Assembly: GCA_964459835.1 (NCBI GenBank)
Contig: CAYWPA010000004.1
Coordinates: 7,765 to 71,764, forward strand
Length of the DNA stretch: 64,000 nucleotides
DNA from: an uncultured Methanosarcinales archaeon
Lineage (GTDB): Archaea > Nanobdellota > Nanobdellia > Woesearchaeales > UBA12501
Direction: 5' to 3'
The position numbers and the translations under genes are program-made. Under the pieces are notes generated by a model. That model was not told the DNA's origin and made no database searches. It saw only the letters and a list, made by a program, of their open reading frames with translations. The number at the start of each line of letters is the position of its first letter. Position 1 is the stretch's first letter. This document shows positions 53,534 through 64,000 of the stretch, one piece after another.

Positions 53534-54010
53534 ATGATAGTTATGAAAGGAAAAACAATATCAAGGGACACTGCACTGGCTGAGATTACCTTAAGAAAGT
53601 ATGAAAAGCCTTTTGACCTTAGCCACAGGGAGCTTGTCAGAAAGCTTTGCCTTTCTACCGGCTTGCTTCACCCAGGCGATTCTAGGGATATCATTGTTGA
53701 TATTTTTTATGTTCTCCTTAAAGCTAGAAAAGACAAAAAAGAGCTTTCCAGCGACGAAATAAAAAGCCTTGTTATAGATTCAAGGAAAAATGCTAATCTG
53801 GCTCTTGCAGGCATTGCATCTTCAAACATCAGAAGGCAGCTGAAAAGGCTGAGGGACTTGTTTTTGGTTGAAAAAGTCAAGAACAAGTACAGGATAAACG
53901 AACATGACTCACTCAACAACATTTTCCAGGAGAAGATAGAGCAGTACTTGCTGCAAAGCATTGTTGGCAGGGTTAAAGACTATTTTGAGGTTATTGATAA
54001 GGAGTTCTAA
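53534..54010 (+). CDS. Hypothetical protein, probable winged-helix regulator
   Basis: Intact ORF. The helix-turn-helix call is an impression only. Confidence 0.4.
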   Translation: MIVMKGKTISRDTALAEITLRKYEKPFDLSHRELVRKLCLSTGLLHPGDSRDIIVDIFYVLLKARKDKKELSSDEIKSLVIDSRKNANLALAGIASSNIRRQLKRLRDLFLVEKVKNKYRINEHDSLNNIFQEKIEQYLLQSIVGRVKDYFEVIDKEF

Positions 54011-54052
54011 ACGAAAAATATTTAAATAGGTCACTATTTGCTAGTTATTACA

Positions 54053-54346
54053 ATGACTAAAATTCCATATGAGTTTAGAAGAATAGTTAACTTTAAAGGT
54101 GAAAATCTTAGATTTGCCTATGAAGTTTTTTGCTGCATAGCAAGTAAACAGAAAACAGATGGTGTTGGGACATGTTATCAAGCAATCAACCCGCCTGGTG
54201 TAATGGTCGATATTTTGGAACATCTTGGTTTATTAGAAAGAATCGTAGATCCATCTGAAGCTGCATTACGTGAACTACATGGAATCATAATAATAACGCC
54301 AACTCAAAAAGGAACTGATTTATACAGTATGTGCATGCCCAAATAA
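54053..54346 (+). CDS. Hypothetical protein (97 aa)
   Basis: Intact ORF. ATG at 54053 preferred over the TTG at 54038. Confidence 0.4.
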   Translation: MTKIPYEFRRIVNFKGENLRFAYEVFCCIASKQKTDGVGTCYQAINPPGVMVDILEHLGLLERIVDPSEAALRELHGIIIITPTQKGTDLYSMCMPK

Positions 54347-54393
54347 TTTTTCTTCTAGTAACCTTTAAATACCCTCTATAATTACCATATTCT

Positions 54394-55602
54394 ATGTCGG
54401 ATTTACTACTCAAAAACTGTAAACTCATCCATAAAGGAAAGCCTGTTATAAGGAATATTCTGATTAAGAAAGGCAAAATAGAGAAGATCACAGAGCGGTA
54501 TAAGTATGCCAAAACTGAGATTAACGCCAGCTTCAACTATGTTCTGCCTGGATTAATAGACTGCCATGTACATTGCAGGGAGCCAGGATTAACCCATAAG
54601 GAAGACCTCTACACTGCAAGCTGCGCAGCTGCTGCTGGAGGTGTGACAACAATACTTGACATGCCAAACACAAAGCCGCCGACATTAACAGTAAAAGACT
54701 TGGAAGAAAAAAGAAAGCTTGCAAAAAAAGCAATTGTAAACTACGGCTTTCATTTCGGAAGCAGCTTTGACAATATTGAGGAAGTAAAAAAAGCAAAGAA
54801 TGTAGCATCAACAAAAATATACATGAATCTGTCAACAGGAAAATTATTGGTTGACAAAAAGGAAGCAGTAGAAAAGATATTCAAAGCAAGCAAAAGGGTT
54901 GCAATACATGCAGAATTAGGCAAAGTAGATGAAGCTTTGGAGCTTGCAGCAAAAAACAACTGCAGAGTGTACTTTTGCCATATTCCAGGAGAATATGAAG
55001 TAAATGCGATAGCAAAGGCAAAGAAAAAATACAAGAATTTGTTTGTAGAAGCATGTCCCCATCATTTGTTCCTGACAAAAAAAGCAGAAGAAGAGCTTGG
55101 AAATTTTGCAAAAATGCTGCCTGGATTAAGGACGCAGAAAGACCAGGATGCGTTGTGGGAAGGAATAAGAAACGGAGTGATAGATACAATAGGAACAGAC
55201 CATGCCCCGCATACTTATGAAGAAAAGATAAAAAAAGACGATTTTCCATATGGTGTTCCAGGACTGGAAACAATGCTTCCTCTGCTTCTAGATGCTGTCA
55301 ACAAAAACAGGATTACCTTGACGCAGGTAGCAAGATTAACATCAAAAAACCCTGCAAGAATCTTTGGAATACAGAACAAAGGCATTATAAAAGAAGGCTA
55401 TGATGCTGACTTGGTTGTTGTTGATATGAATATGGAGAAAGAAGTAAAGCATAGAGAGCAGTTTACAAAATGCAAATGGAGCCCTTATAATGGCTGGAAG
55501 CTGAAAGGCTGGCCAGTGCTTACAATAGTAAATGGAGATATAGTATTTAAAAACAGGCAGATTGTTGCAGAAACAACAGGAAAAGAAATAAGGTTTGATT
55601 AA
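54394..55602 (+). CDS. pyrC: Dihydroorotase
   Basis: DCHVHCREPG, TDHAPH. Confidence 0.93.
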   Translation: MSDLLLKNCKLIHKGKPVIRNILIKKGKIEKITERYKYAKTEINASFNYVLPGLIDCHVHCREPGLTHKEDLYTASCAAAAGGVTTILDMPNTKPPTLTVKDLEEKRKLAKKAIVNYGFHFGSSFDNIEEVKKAKNVASTKIYMNLSTGKLLVDKKEAVEKIFKASKRVAIHAELGKVDEALELAAKNNCRVYFCHIPGEYEVNAIAKAKKKYKNLFVEACPHHLFLTKKAEEELGNFAKMLPGLRTQKDQDALWEGIRNGVIDTIGTDHAPHTYEEKIKKDDFPYGVPGLETMLPLLLDAVNKNRITLTQVARLTSKNPARIFGIQNKGIIKEGYDADLVVVDMNMEKEVKHREQFTKCKWSPYNGWKLKGWPVLTIVNGDIVFKNRQIVAETTGKEIRFD

Positions 55603-55603
55603 G

Positions 55604-56698
55604 ATGCTATATAACATAGTAAAGCCGGTATTGTTTTTATTTGATGCAGAAAAATCCCATAATTTCATAACAGGCTGCATGTCTTTCTTTGGAAAAAGCA
55701 GAGCATCGTGCGGCATTACTTCTTTATTTTTTAACTACAAAAATAAAAAACTAAATATGGAAATTCTTGGATTGACCTTTCCAAACCCTATTGGACTAGC
55801 TCCTGGATTTGACAAGCAATGCAGGCTAATCAATATAATCCCAAGCTTTGGCTTTGGATTCATAGAAGTTGGAACAATAACAAAGCATGAGCAAGCAGGA
55901 AATGAAAAGCCAAGGATGTTCAGGCTTGTAAAAGATAAGGCATTAATCAACAGGCTTGGCTTTAACAATGCAGGAGCAGACAAAGCTGCCAGAAAATTAT
56001 ACAAGGCAAGATACACAGTTCCTGTTGGGGTAAACATAGGAAAATCAAAGATAACTCCTCTGGATAAAGCAAACGAAGATTATCTTTGCAGCTTTGAGAA
56101 GCTGTACTCTTATGCTGATTACTTTACAATAAATGTAAGCTCTCCAAATACGCCTGAATTAAGGAAACTGCAGACAAAGGCAAGGCTTAATTCTTTGCTA
56201 AAGGCTTTGGTCAATAAAAATCAGGAATTGGCAAAAAAACTTGAAACAGAAAAAAAGCCAATCTTTGTGAAAATTGATCCTGATATGGATTTTAAGCAGC
56301 TGGATGATGTTCTTGATGTTATAAAGAAAAATGGATTAGACGGCATAATTGCCACAAATACAACCCTTGGAAGGGAGGGATTGATGAGCGAGGAAAGCTT
56401 AACAAGCCAGCAGGGAGGATTAAGCGGGCAGCCTCTGAAAGATAGGTCTACTCAGATTATCAGCTATATCTACTCAAAAACAAAGGGAAAGCTTCTTATT
56501 ATTGGAGTTGGTGGCATTGCAACAACAAAGGATGCTTATGACAAGATAAGGGCAGGGGCTTCTTTGGTGCAGGTTTACACTGGCTTTATCTACAATGGCC
56601 CTTCCACAGCAAAGAAAATCAATAAAGGCCTTGTAAAGCTGCTGAAGAAAGATGGATTTAATTCTGTAAGGGAAGCAGTAGGGGCAGCGCATAAGTAA
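55604..56698 (+). CDS. pyrD: Dihydroorotate dehydrogenase, class 2 (quinone-type)
   Basis: N-terminal LFLFDAEKSH extension, GFIEVGTIT, MFRL....LINRLGFNN, catalytic-Ser context NVSSPNTPELR. Confidence 0.9.
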   Translation: MLYNIVKPVLFLFDAEKSHNFITGCMSFFGKSRASCGITSLFFNYKNKKLNMEILGLTFPNPIGLAPGFDKQCRLINIIPSFGFGFIEVGTITKHEQAGNEKPRMFRLVKDKALINRLGFNNAGADKAARKLYKARYTVPVGVNIGKSKITPLDKANEDYLCSFEKLYSYADYFTINVSSPNTPELRKLQTKARLNSLLKALVNKNQELAKKLETEKKPIFVKIDPDMDFKQLDDVLDVIKKNGLDGIIATNTTLGREGLMSEESLTSQQGGLSGQPLKDRSTQIISYIYSKTKGKLLIIGVGGIATTKDAYDKIRAGASLVQVYTGFIYNGPSTAKKINKGLVKLLKKDGFNSVREAVGAAHK

Positions 56699-56743
56699 AT
56701 TATGGGTAAATAAACAGAAAAGTCTCATTTTTTTCTTGATACA

Positions 56744-56793
56744 GTCTTGAGAAAATCGCTTGTCTCAGCTCTGTTTTGAGACAGCCTCAAGAC
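56744..56793 (+). terminator. Nested hairpin downstream of pyrD
   Basis: Outer stem GTCTTGAG (56744-56751) / CTCAAGAC (56786-56793). Inner stem TGTCTCA (56761-56767) / TGAGACA (56777-56783). Confidence 0.35.
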
Positions 56794-56845
56794 AGAATCG
56801 AAACAAATATAAAGACTAAGGCCTTACAAGGCTTTGGGTGGTTAG

Positions 56846-57400
56846 ATGGAAAAAGATTTTGAACAAAGGATAAGCGTAAGCTTCAAGAATGTTAAAAAGG
56901 ACTTTGGCATAGCAGACTCAAAACTGAATGAATTGAGAAAGGAAAACCTGTTTCTTAGGGGCAAAATAGACCAGATAGAAAGGGAGCTGGGAAAGACACA
57001 GCAAAACTTCATGGAGTTTATTGCAGGCAGAAGGGATGAAGGATTTGAGCAGAAAATTGAGCAGATGCTGGAAAGCCTGAAAAAAGCTGAAAAAAGAGAG
57101 CCAAGAATATTAACAATACAGAGAACGCCGATAAATATTCCAAAAACATTGACAGCTAAAAAGGCTGCAAAGGGAAAAGAGACAAAACAGAGAAAGAATG
57201 TTGTCAAGGAAAAGATACTTAGCCTTGCCAATGAAAAAAGCAACAGCCTTATAGATATTAAGGAAGAAATAGTTGACAAGCAAGCGTTGTGCTCAAAGGC
57301 AACATTCTACAGGTATTTTGACGAGATAAAAGGAGATGGAAAAGTAGAGTTTCAGACTGTCAACAGGAAGAAAGTAGTTAAGCCCATAGAGGCAGCGTAG
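56846..57400 (+). CDS. Hypothetical coiled-coil protein with a C-terminal HTH-like region, inserted in the pyr cluster
   Basis: Intact ORF with no recognised family. Confidence 0.5.
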   Translation: MEKDFEQRISVSFKNVKKDFGIADSKLNELRKENLFLRGKIDQIERELGKTQQNFMEFIAGRRDEGFEQKIEQMLESLKKAEKREPRILTIQRTPINIPKTLTAKKAAKGKETKQRKNVVKEKILSLANEKSNSLIDIKEEIVDKQALCSKATFYRYFDEIKGDGKVEFQTVNRKKVVKPIEAA

Positions 57401-57411
57401 AGGTAATGTAA

Positions 57412-58044
57412 ATGGAAGACATTGCAGGGATTCTTCTTAAGGTGAATGCCGTTAGCTTAAATCCAAAAAATCCATATACTTGGGCTTCTGGAATAAGATC
57501 TCCAATATACTGCGACAACAGGCTGCTTCTTAGCCATCCAAAAGAGTGGGAAAAGATTATTGACAGCTTTGTCGAGACAATAAAAAAGTACAGCATACAG
57601 TTTGATGTTATTGCCAGTGTTGCCACTTCAGGAATTCCGCATGCAGCTTACATTGCTGCAAAGCTGAAAAAGCCAATGGTTTATGTAAGGACAGAGGAAA
57701 AAAAGCATGGAAAGAAGAGGCAGATTGAAGGAAAGCTGGAAAAAGGGCAGAAAGCTGTTGTTATTGAAGACTTAATCAGTACAGGAGGAAGCTCTATTGC
57801 TGTTGTGGATGCATTAAAAAAAGAAGGAGTAGAGGTAACAGCCTGCATTGCTATATTTACATACGGCTTTGAAAAGGCAGGAAAGAACTTTGCAGGCAAA
57901 TGCCCTCTTTACACACTAACTGATTTCTCAACTTTATTGAAGGCTGCAGAAAAGGAAGGAAAAATAACAAATGAGGAAAAAAACATCTGTCTGGAATTTT
58001 CCTCAGACCCTGAAAACTGGGCAAATAAAAGCCAACAAAAATAA
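57412..58044 (+). CDS. pyrE: Orotate phosphoribosyltransferase
   Basis: PRPP loop VVIEDLISTGGS. Confidence 0.92.
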   Translation: MEDIAGILLKVNAVSLNPKNPYTWASGIRSPIYCDNRLLLSHPKEWEKIIDSFVETIKKYSIQFDVIASVATSGIPHAAYIAAKLKKPMVYVRTEEKKHGKKRQIEGKLEKGQKAVVIEDLISTGGSSIAVVDALKKEGVEVTACIAIFTYGFEKAGKNFAGKCPLYTLTDFSTLLKAAEKEGKITNEEKNICLEFSSDPENWANKSQQK

Positions 58045-58057
58045 GACGGCAAAAAAT

Positions 58058-58771
58058 ATGGAAAAAGGCGAAATAAGGGACAAAATATGCATTCCATTGG
58101 ACGTTGATACAATGGAAGAGGCAGAAAAGATAATCAAAGAGACAAAAGAATATGTAGGGATATTCAAGCTGAATTCTTTGTTCACAAAGTATGGGAGAGA
58201 ATCAGTTGATTTGATAAAAAAGCATGGCTGCAGAGTTTTTCTTGACCTAAAGTTCCATGATATACCAAATACAGTGGTCAATTATGCAAAGATTGCTGCT
58301 GATATGGAAGTTGACATATTTAATGTCCATTGTCTTGGCGGAGAGGAGATGATGAAAGCCGCTAAAAAAGCTGTAAATTCAAGTGCAATTGTTTTAGGCG
58401 TTACAATTTTAACAAGCATGGACGATAAAGGGCTAAAACAAGTTGGGATAAACAAAAAAGCAGATGAGGAAGTAAAACAATTGGCAATGCTGGCTAAAAA
58501 TTGCGGATTAAACGGAGTGGTTGCTTCCCCGAATGAAATAAGTATAATCAAAAAATCATGTGGAAATGATTTTTTAGTAATAACGCCCGGAATACGGCCA
58601 GAGTGGAGCAGTAAAGACGAGCAGAAAAGGATTGCAACGCCAAAATATGCTATTGAGGGCGGAGCTGATATTATCGTTGTGGGAAGGGCAATAACAGCTG
58701 CAAAGGATGTAAAAGAGGCTGCCAGAAAAATCTATGAAGAAGTTGCAGAAGCAGAACAGAATGCAGACTGA
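58058..58771 (+). CDS. pyrF: Orotidine 5'-phosphate decarboxylase
   Basis: IPLDV, LDLKFHDIPNTV, ITPGIR. ATG 58058 preferred over the track start at 57971, which overlaps pyrE. Confidence 0.92.
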   Translation: MEKGEIRDKICIPLDVDTMEEAEKIIKETKEYVGIFKLNSLFTKYGRESVDLIKKHGCRVFLDLKFHDIPNTVVNYAKIAADMEVDIFNVHCLGGEEMMKAAKKAVNSSAIVLGVTILTSMDDKGLKQVGINKKADEEVKQLAMLAKNCGLNGVVASPNEISIIKKSCGNDFLVITPGIRPEWSSKDEQKRIATPKYAIEGGADIIVVGRAITAAKDVKEAARKIYEEVAEAEQNAD

Positions 58772-60211
<1,440 letters not shown>

Positions 60212-60228
<17 letters not shown>

Positions 60229-61402
60229 GTAAGATTCTTACCTGCTTGAGATATATGTTACAAAGCTTGCTTTTGGCAAAGTTCTTGATATAGGGACAGG
60301 CACAGGAGTGCAGGCTTTTGCTGCCCTGAAGAATGGAAGAACAAAATCTGTTTTAGGCGTTGATGTAAATAAGTATGCTGTCAAGTATTGCAACGAAAAA
60401 ATAAAAAGAAATTTAATTATAGAAAACAAAAGATATAAAGAAAAAATCAGCTTTAAGCAGTCTGATCTTTTTTCCAATGTGACTGGGAAGTTTGATACAA
60501 CCATATTCAATCCTCCTTACTTGCCAATTGATCCAAGACTCAAAGATACATCGTTGGACGGCGGGAAGCACGGATATGAAGTTCTTGAAAAATTCCTTTC
60601 CCATGCTTCTGCTTACCTAAATCCAAACGGAAAAATACTTGTTGTTTTTTCATCTTTGACTAAAAAAGACAAAGTTGATAATATTATTGGAAATTATTGC
60701 TTTGATTTTACTTTGCTAGAAAAATTAAGCATTCCTAATGAGTTTTTGTATTGCTATTTGATTGAAAAAAGCAGATTATTGAACGAACTAGAAAAAAAAG
60801 GCATCAAGAAGGTTGCAAAGCTGGCAAAGGGGTATAGGGGAGTGATTTTTACAGGCTATAAAGGCAGGGAAAAGCTTGCCATAAAGGCTCAGAGGCATGA
60901 TGTTTCTTCCAGGACAATAGCGAAAGAGGCGAAAATCCTGAAGAAGCTGAACAAAAAAGGCATTGGCCCAAATGTTGTTTCGATCGGAAGGGATTATTTT
61001 ATTTATGGGTTTGTTGAGGGTGTTTTTTTGCCAGAGTTTTTAATAAAGAATAAAAAACAAAATATAAAGCAAGTATTAAAAGAGGTATTTCTGCAGTGCA
61101 GGAAGCTTGATATATTGGGCATTAATAAAGAAGAGATGCACCATCCATTCAAGCACGTTATTGTTGAAAAGAGAAATAAAAGCTACAAAGCAACATTAAT
61201 TGATTTTGAAAGGGCTTTCATGACAAAAAGGCCGCATAATGTAACGCAGTTCTGCCAGTATATTACAAGCGGAAAATTTAGTTTTTTTATTAGGGGGAAG
61301 GGCTTGAAGATAGATAAAAACAAAATAAGAAAGCTGGCTTCAGGCTACAAGAAAGATATGAGCAATAAAAATTTTGGAAAAATAATCAAAGAAATAAAAT
61401 GA
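60212..61402 (+). CDS. Mtq2/HemK-related methyltransferase fused to a Bud32/RIO-like kinase-fold domain; in-frame TAA at 60230-60232
   Basis: ATG 60212: M I Y L P R TAA D S Y L L ... VLDIGTGTG ... IFNPPY. The track ORF starts at GTG 60308, which would delete SAM motif I. The C-terminal half has a G-loop-like AKGYRGVIF, AIKAQR and LIDFE. Confidence 0.6.
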
Positions 61403-61701
61403 AAAAAAGCTTTAACGAAAAAGTCTGGAAATTGTGCAGCAAAGTTCCTAAAGGAAGGGTTACAACCTACAAAGAGATAGCCAAAGCGATGAATTCAGAG
61501 GCTTACAGGGCTGTAGGCAATGCCCTAAACAAGAATCCTTACTCCCCTAAGGTGCCCTGTCACAGGGTTGTCAATTCCGATGGCAGAATAGGGGGGTTTG
61601 CTCATGGAACAAGAAAGAAGATAAAAATGCTGAAGAAAGAGAATGTTTTTGTTGTTAATGGAAAAATAATGGATTTTGAAATGAAGTCATTCAAGGTTTA
61701 G
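61399..61701 (+). CDS. ogt: Methylated-DNA--protein-cysteine methyltransferase (C-terminal domain only)
   Basis: VPKGRVTTYKEIA, PCHRVV. Confidence 0.88.
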   Translation: MKKSFNEKVWKLCSKVPKGRVTTYKEIAKAMNSEAYRAVGNALNKNPYSPKVPCHRVVNSDGRIGGFAHGTRKKIKMLKKENVFVVNGKIMDFEMKSFKV

Positions 61702-61957
61702 ACTTTTTATATTTAACCACTTCTTCCCTTATGCAATGCAAATGAAAATAAAAATCTTCACTTGAGCCTGATTCGTTCCTTATTGTTTCCCTGTATATGG
61801 CTTTGTCTCTAACAGGACAATAACGGCAAATTCCAGTATTGTCAACAGGAAGGATATCATTAAATATAACGATATTGTTTTCACGAAAATCAACTTTGTT
61901 GGAATCAAGTAAATGCTCTAATAGAACTTTATCTCCATCTGATTTTTCTTCTGACAT
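61691..61957 (-). CDS. Hypothetical Cys/His-containing protein (88 aa)
   Basis: CRYCP...HLHC. 11-nt convergent overlap with ogt. Confidence 0.4.
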   Translation of the reverse strand: MSEEKSDGDKVLLEHLLDSNKVDFRENNIVIFNDILPVDNTGICRYCPVRDKAIYRETIRNESGSSEDFYFHLHCIREEVVKYKKSKP

Positions 61958-61997
61958 TTTAACAATAGTTTAACAATAAATAGGGAACAAAAAGAAT

Positions 61998-62927
61998 TTA
62001 ATCCTTTTCCTTGGCCTTTGTCTTCTTGACTTCTTTTTCCAGGTCAAGCTTGTCCAGAAGCTCTTTGTACCTGTTTCTGATTGTAACTTCTGTAACTCCT
62101 GCTACATCAGCAACTTCTCTCTGCGTCCTTTTCTCCCCATGTATCAATGCAGAAACATACAAAGCAGCAGCTGCAATTCCTGTGGGGCCTCTTCCTGAAG
62201 TAAGCTCAGCTTTCTGTGCACTTTCAAGTATCTCGATAGCCCTTGACTGGGTTTCTGCGCTTAGCTTTAATGAAGACGCAAACCTTGCAATATAATCAGC
62301 AGGGTTGCTTGGCATTATTGAGATTCCAAGCTCTCTTGTAACGAATCTGTAGGTCCTTCCGACTTCCTTCTTTTCAATTCCAGAAGCCTCGCTTAATTCA
62401 TCCAGAGTTCTAGGGACTTCATGCCTTCTGCATGCTGCATATAATGAGCCTGCAACAACAGATTCCATGCTTCTTCCCCTTACCAATCCTCTCTGTACAG
62501 CCAATGTGTAAATCCTTGCTGCTTCCTCTTCAACTGATTTTGGAAGCTTTAGGTAAGAAGAGACTCTTTTTAGCTCTCCTAATGCTAATTTAAGGTTTCT
62601 TTCAATAGCAGTGCTTATCCTATATTGCCATTTTCTTAATCTGAAGAATTTGTTCTTATCTTTTCCGCCTAATCTGTATAAATCAGCTTTCTGCCCTACT
62701 TCTGTTCCTAAACCCTGATCATATTGAGTATAAGTCATAGGAGCTCCTGTCCTTCTTTTCTTTGCAGCATCTCCTTCCTCAAACTCTCTCCACTCTTGCT
62801 CAAAATCAACCATTTTTTCTTCTACTACAAGTCCGCAGTCTTTGCAGATAACTTCTCCCTTGTCTCTGTTCCAGAATAAGTTTATACCGCCACATTCAGG
62901 GCATTTTTTTACAAATTCATCTGACAT
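61998..62927 (-). CDS. tfb: Transcription initiation factor IIB (TFB)
   Basis: Zinc ribbon CPECGG...CKDCG, two cyclin-fold repeats. AGGTGA lies 7 nt upstream of the ATG. Confidence 0.97.
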   Translation of the reverse strand: MSDEFVKKCPECGGINLFWNRDKGEVICKDCGLVVEEKMVDFEQEWREFEEGDAAKKRRTGAPMTYTQYDQGLGTEVGQKADLYRLGGKDKNKFFRLRKWQYRISTAIERNLKLALGELKRVSSYLKLPKSVEEEAARIYTLAVQRGLVRGRSMESVVAGSLYAACRRHEVPRTLDELSEASGIEKKEVGRTYRFVTRELGISIMPSNPADYIARFASSLKLSAETQSRAIEILESAQKAELTSGRGPTGIAAAALYVSALIHGEKRTQREVADVAGVTEVTIRNRYKELLDKLDLEKEVKKTKAKEKD

Positions 62928-63098
62928 AGTTATTCACCTATTGACCACCCAAATAATGCCTTAATAGAGATATTAAGCCATTAACTTTATAAAGAGAAAT
63001 CAGTGATTATTTATAAAGCTTTCGGTTTTTCCGCAATATTTTTATATGAAATGAGGTGTTCATTTATTAAGTTAACTACTCTGTTCTTAGCAATGAAT

Positions 63099-63110
63099 AA
63101 CTTTAAAAGT
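63099..63110 (+). promoter_or_regulatory. TATA-like box for tRNA-Ser
   Basis: AACTTTAAAAGT is centred about 29 nt upstream of the tRNA 5' end. Confidence 0.45.
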
Positions 63111-63133
63111 CCCTTGCTTCTCCTTTACACTAT

Positions 63134-63217
63134 GCCGCGGTCGCATAATCCGGTATTGCGCAGGTCTTGAAAACCTGTTTCCGAAAGGATATCTCGGTTC
63201 AAATCCGAGCCGCGGCG
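63134..63217 (+). tRNA. tRNA-Ser (anticodon UGA), class II with a long variable arm
   Basis: GCCGCGG acceptor, anticodon stem CAGGT/ACCTG, loop CTTGAAA, variable arm TTTCCGAAAGGATAT, T-arm CTCGG-TTCAAAT-CCGAG. 84 nt. Confidence 0.9.
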
Positions 63218-63292
63218 TTTCTTTTATTGGAAATTAAATTATTAGAAGTTAAATGAGCTTTGACATTAAACAATAAATAAATTGATTTAATT

Positions 63293-64000
63293 CTACAAAA
63301 ACCTCTCTCTTTTCAGGCAGAACTCATCTACAAAGCCACGGTAAGCTCTTTCATCACAATAATCTTTCCATTGCTGGTATGCAGCTGGATCATACTGCGT
63401 TCCCACATTGTTCTGCAGGAAGAAATCGCTTGAATCATAGCCATAGTAAAATGGATAGCCTCCTAAGTTTCTATCAGGATAATTCAAAGCGTTGTCATAA
63501 TAGTAATAGTTTCCGTCAAAATCAGGATTAAGCGATCTTCTATAATAATCATAATCTATCCTTCCCTGGCTGTCGTAATAGCCGTATTGCGTATTTGGAT
63601 AGCTGTAGCCGTAAGGATAGTCAATAAAGTAAGGATTGTAATAATAATCAGGCAATGAGTTGTTAGGGTAAAAGCCATTGTAGTAATCATAATGCCCATT
63701 ATAATTGCCGTTGCTTCCATTGTAGAAATTATCGTCGTAAAAATAATATCTCTGCCCATAGCCTGCATAAATATAGTTTCCATAATCTGGCTCATAGTAA
63801 TAAGGGCCGTACAAAACCTTGTCAGGCTCGTCATAGAAATAAATGCAGTCATTGTAGATATAATCGCCACGATAATATCTTCTGTAAGCACTGTTGTTTT
63901 CATTTCTATCGCAATTATCATTGTCCCTGAATGCCCTGAAAACCCTGTTTTTTTCCATTACTCTCTGCTCTTCTAACTCTAATTCAAACTCTTTTCTTAT
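63293..64000 (-). CDS. Extremely Tyr/Asp/Asn/Gly-rich protein; 5' end may lie beyond the window
   Basis: About 51 Tyr in 221 residues by hand count. The frame stays open upstream of the ATG at 63958 to the window edge. Confidence 0.6.
   Translation of the reverse strand: MRKEFELELEEQRVMEKNRVFRAFRDNDNCDRNENNSAYRRYYRGDYIYNDCIYFYDEPDKVLYGPYYYEPDYGNYIYAGYGQRYYFYDDNFYNGSNGNYNGHYDYYNGFYPNNSLPDYYYNPYFIDYPYGYSYPNTQYGYYDSQGRIDYDYYRRSLNPDFDGNYYYYDNALNYPDRNLGGYPFYYGYDSSDFFLQNNVGTQYDPAAYQQWKDYCDERAYRGFVDEFCLKRERFL

Noticed and set aside
63556-63976. Alternative-frame ORFs (121 aa minus, 94 aa plus) inside the Tyr-rich gene
   Set aside because: These are a consequence of the TAT/AAT/GAT-biased composition. 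The longest frame with a defined stop (63293) was kept, though the frame choice should be verified statistically.

Overview
This is a tightly packed, low-GC archaeal chromosome segment. Almost every gene is separated by 0-40 nt or overlaps its neighbour, and about 90 genes are supportable. I infer a small-genome (DPANN-like) archaeon from the gene content and several truncated genes.

Informational genes dominate:
- Family B DNA polymerase (cut by the window edge), TFB, Alba, RpoK, ScpA and SepF.
- The exosome superoperon: Pop5, proteasome alpha, SBDS, Rrp4, Rrp41, Rrp42.
- Cbf5, aIF6, prefoldin alpha and FtsY.
- Ribosomal proteins S7, S17e, S19e, L31e and L39e.
- IleRS, ProRS, and three tRNAs: Val-UAC, Arg-UCG and Ser-UGA.

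Metabolic content:
- A complete pyrC-pyrD-pyrE-pyrF-pyrB-pyrI cluster.
- Enolase, DAHP synthase and a PGM-like phosphatase.
- GlmS, MTAP and a purine PRTase.
- A rhodanese-BolA-CGFS glutaredoxin trio, and Xth.

I saw no rRNA, CRISPR array, transposase or integrase.

Items that deserve a second look:
1. A GC-rich 130-nt inverted-repeat element (10378-10507) that is either a structured RNA or a MITE-like insertion.
2. A small island (13377-15628) where two paralogous four-Cys secreted proteins flank an unlisted zinc-ribbon miniprotein, a 57% Lys/Arg protein and a TAA-interrupted membrane gene.
3. Genes invisible to ATG/GTG/TTG ORF calling: RNase P Pop5, L39e and two zinc-ribbon proteins.
4. An Mtq2-like methyltransferase fused to a kinase-like domain, with an in-frame TAA where the family has a conserved Glu.
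5. Domain-truncated Hel308 and Dph2.
6. A bacterial-type HPF/RaiA-like protein.
7. A membrane thiol/metal gene cluster preceded by a 17-aa CxxC peptide.
8. A protein with about 23% tyrosine at the window end.

All homology calls are from motif recognition by eye and none has been checked against a database.
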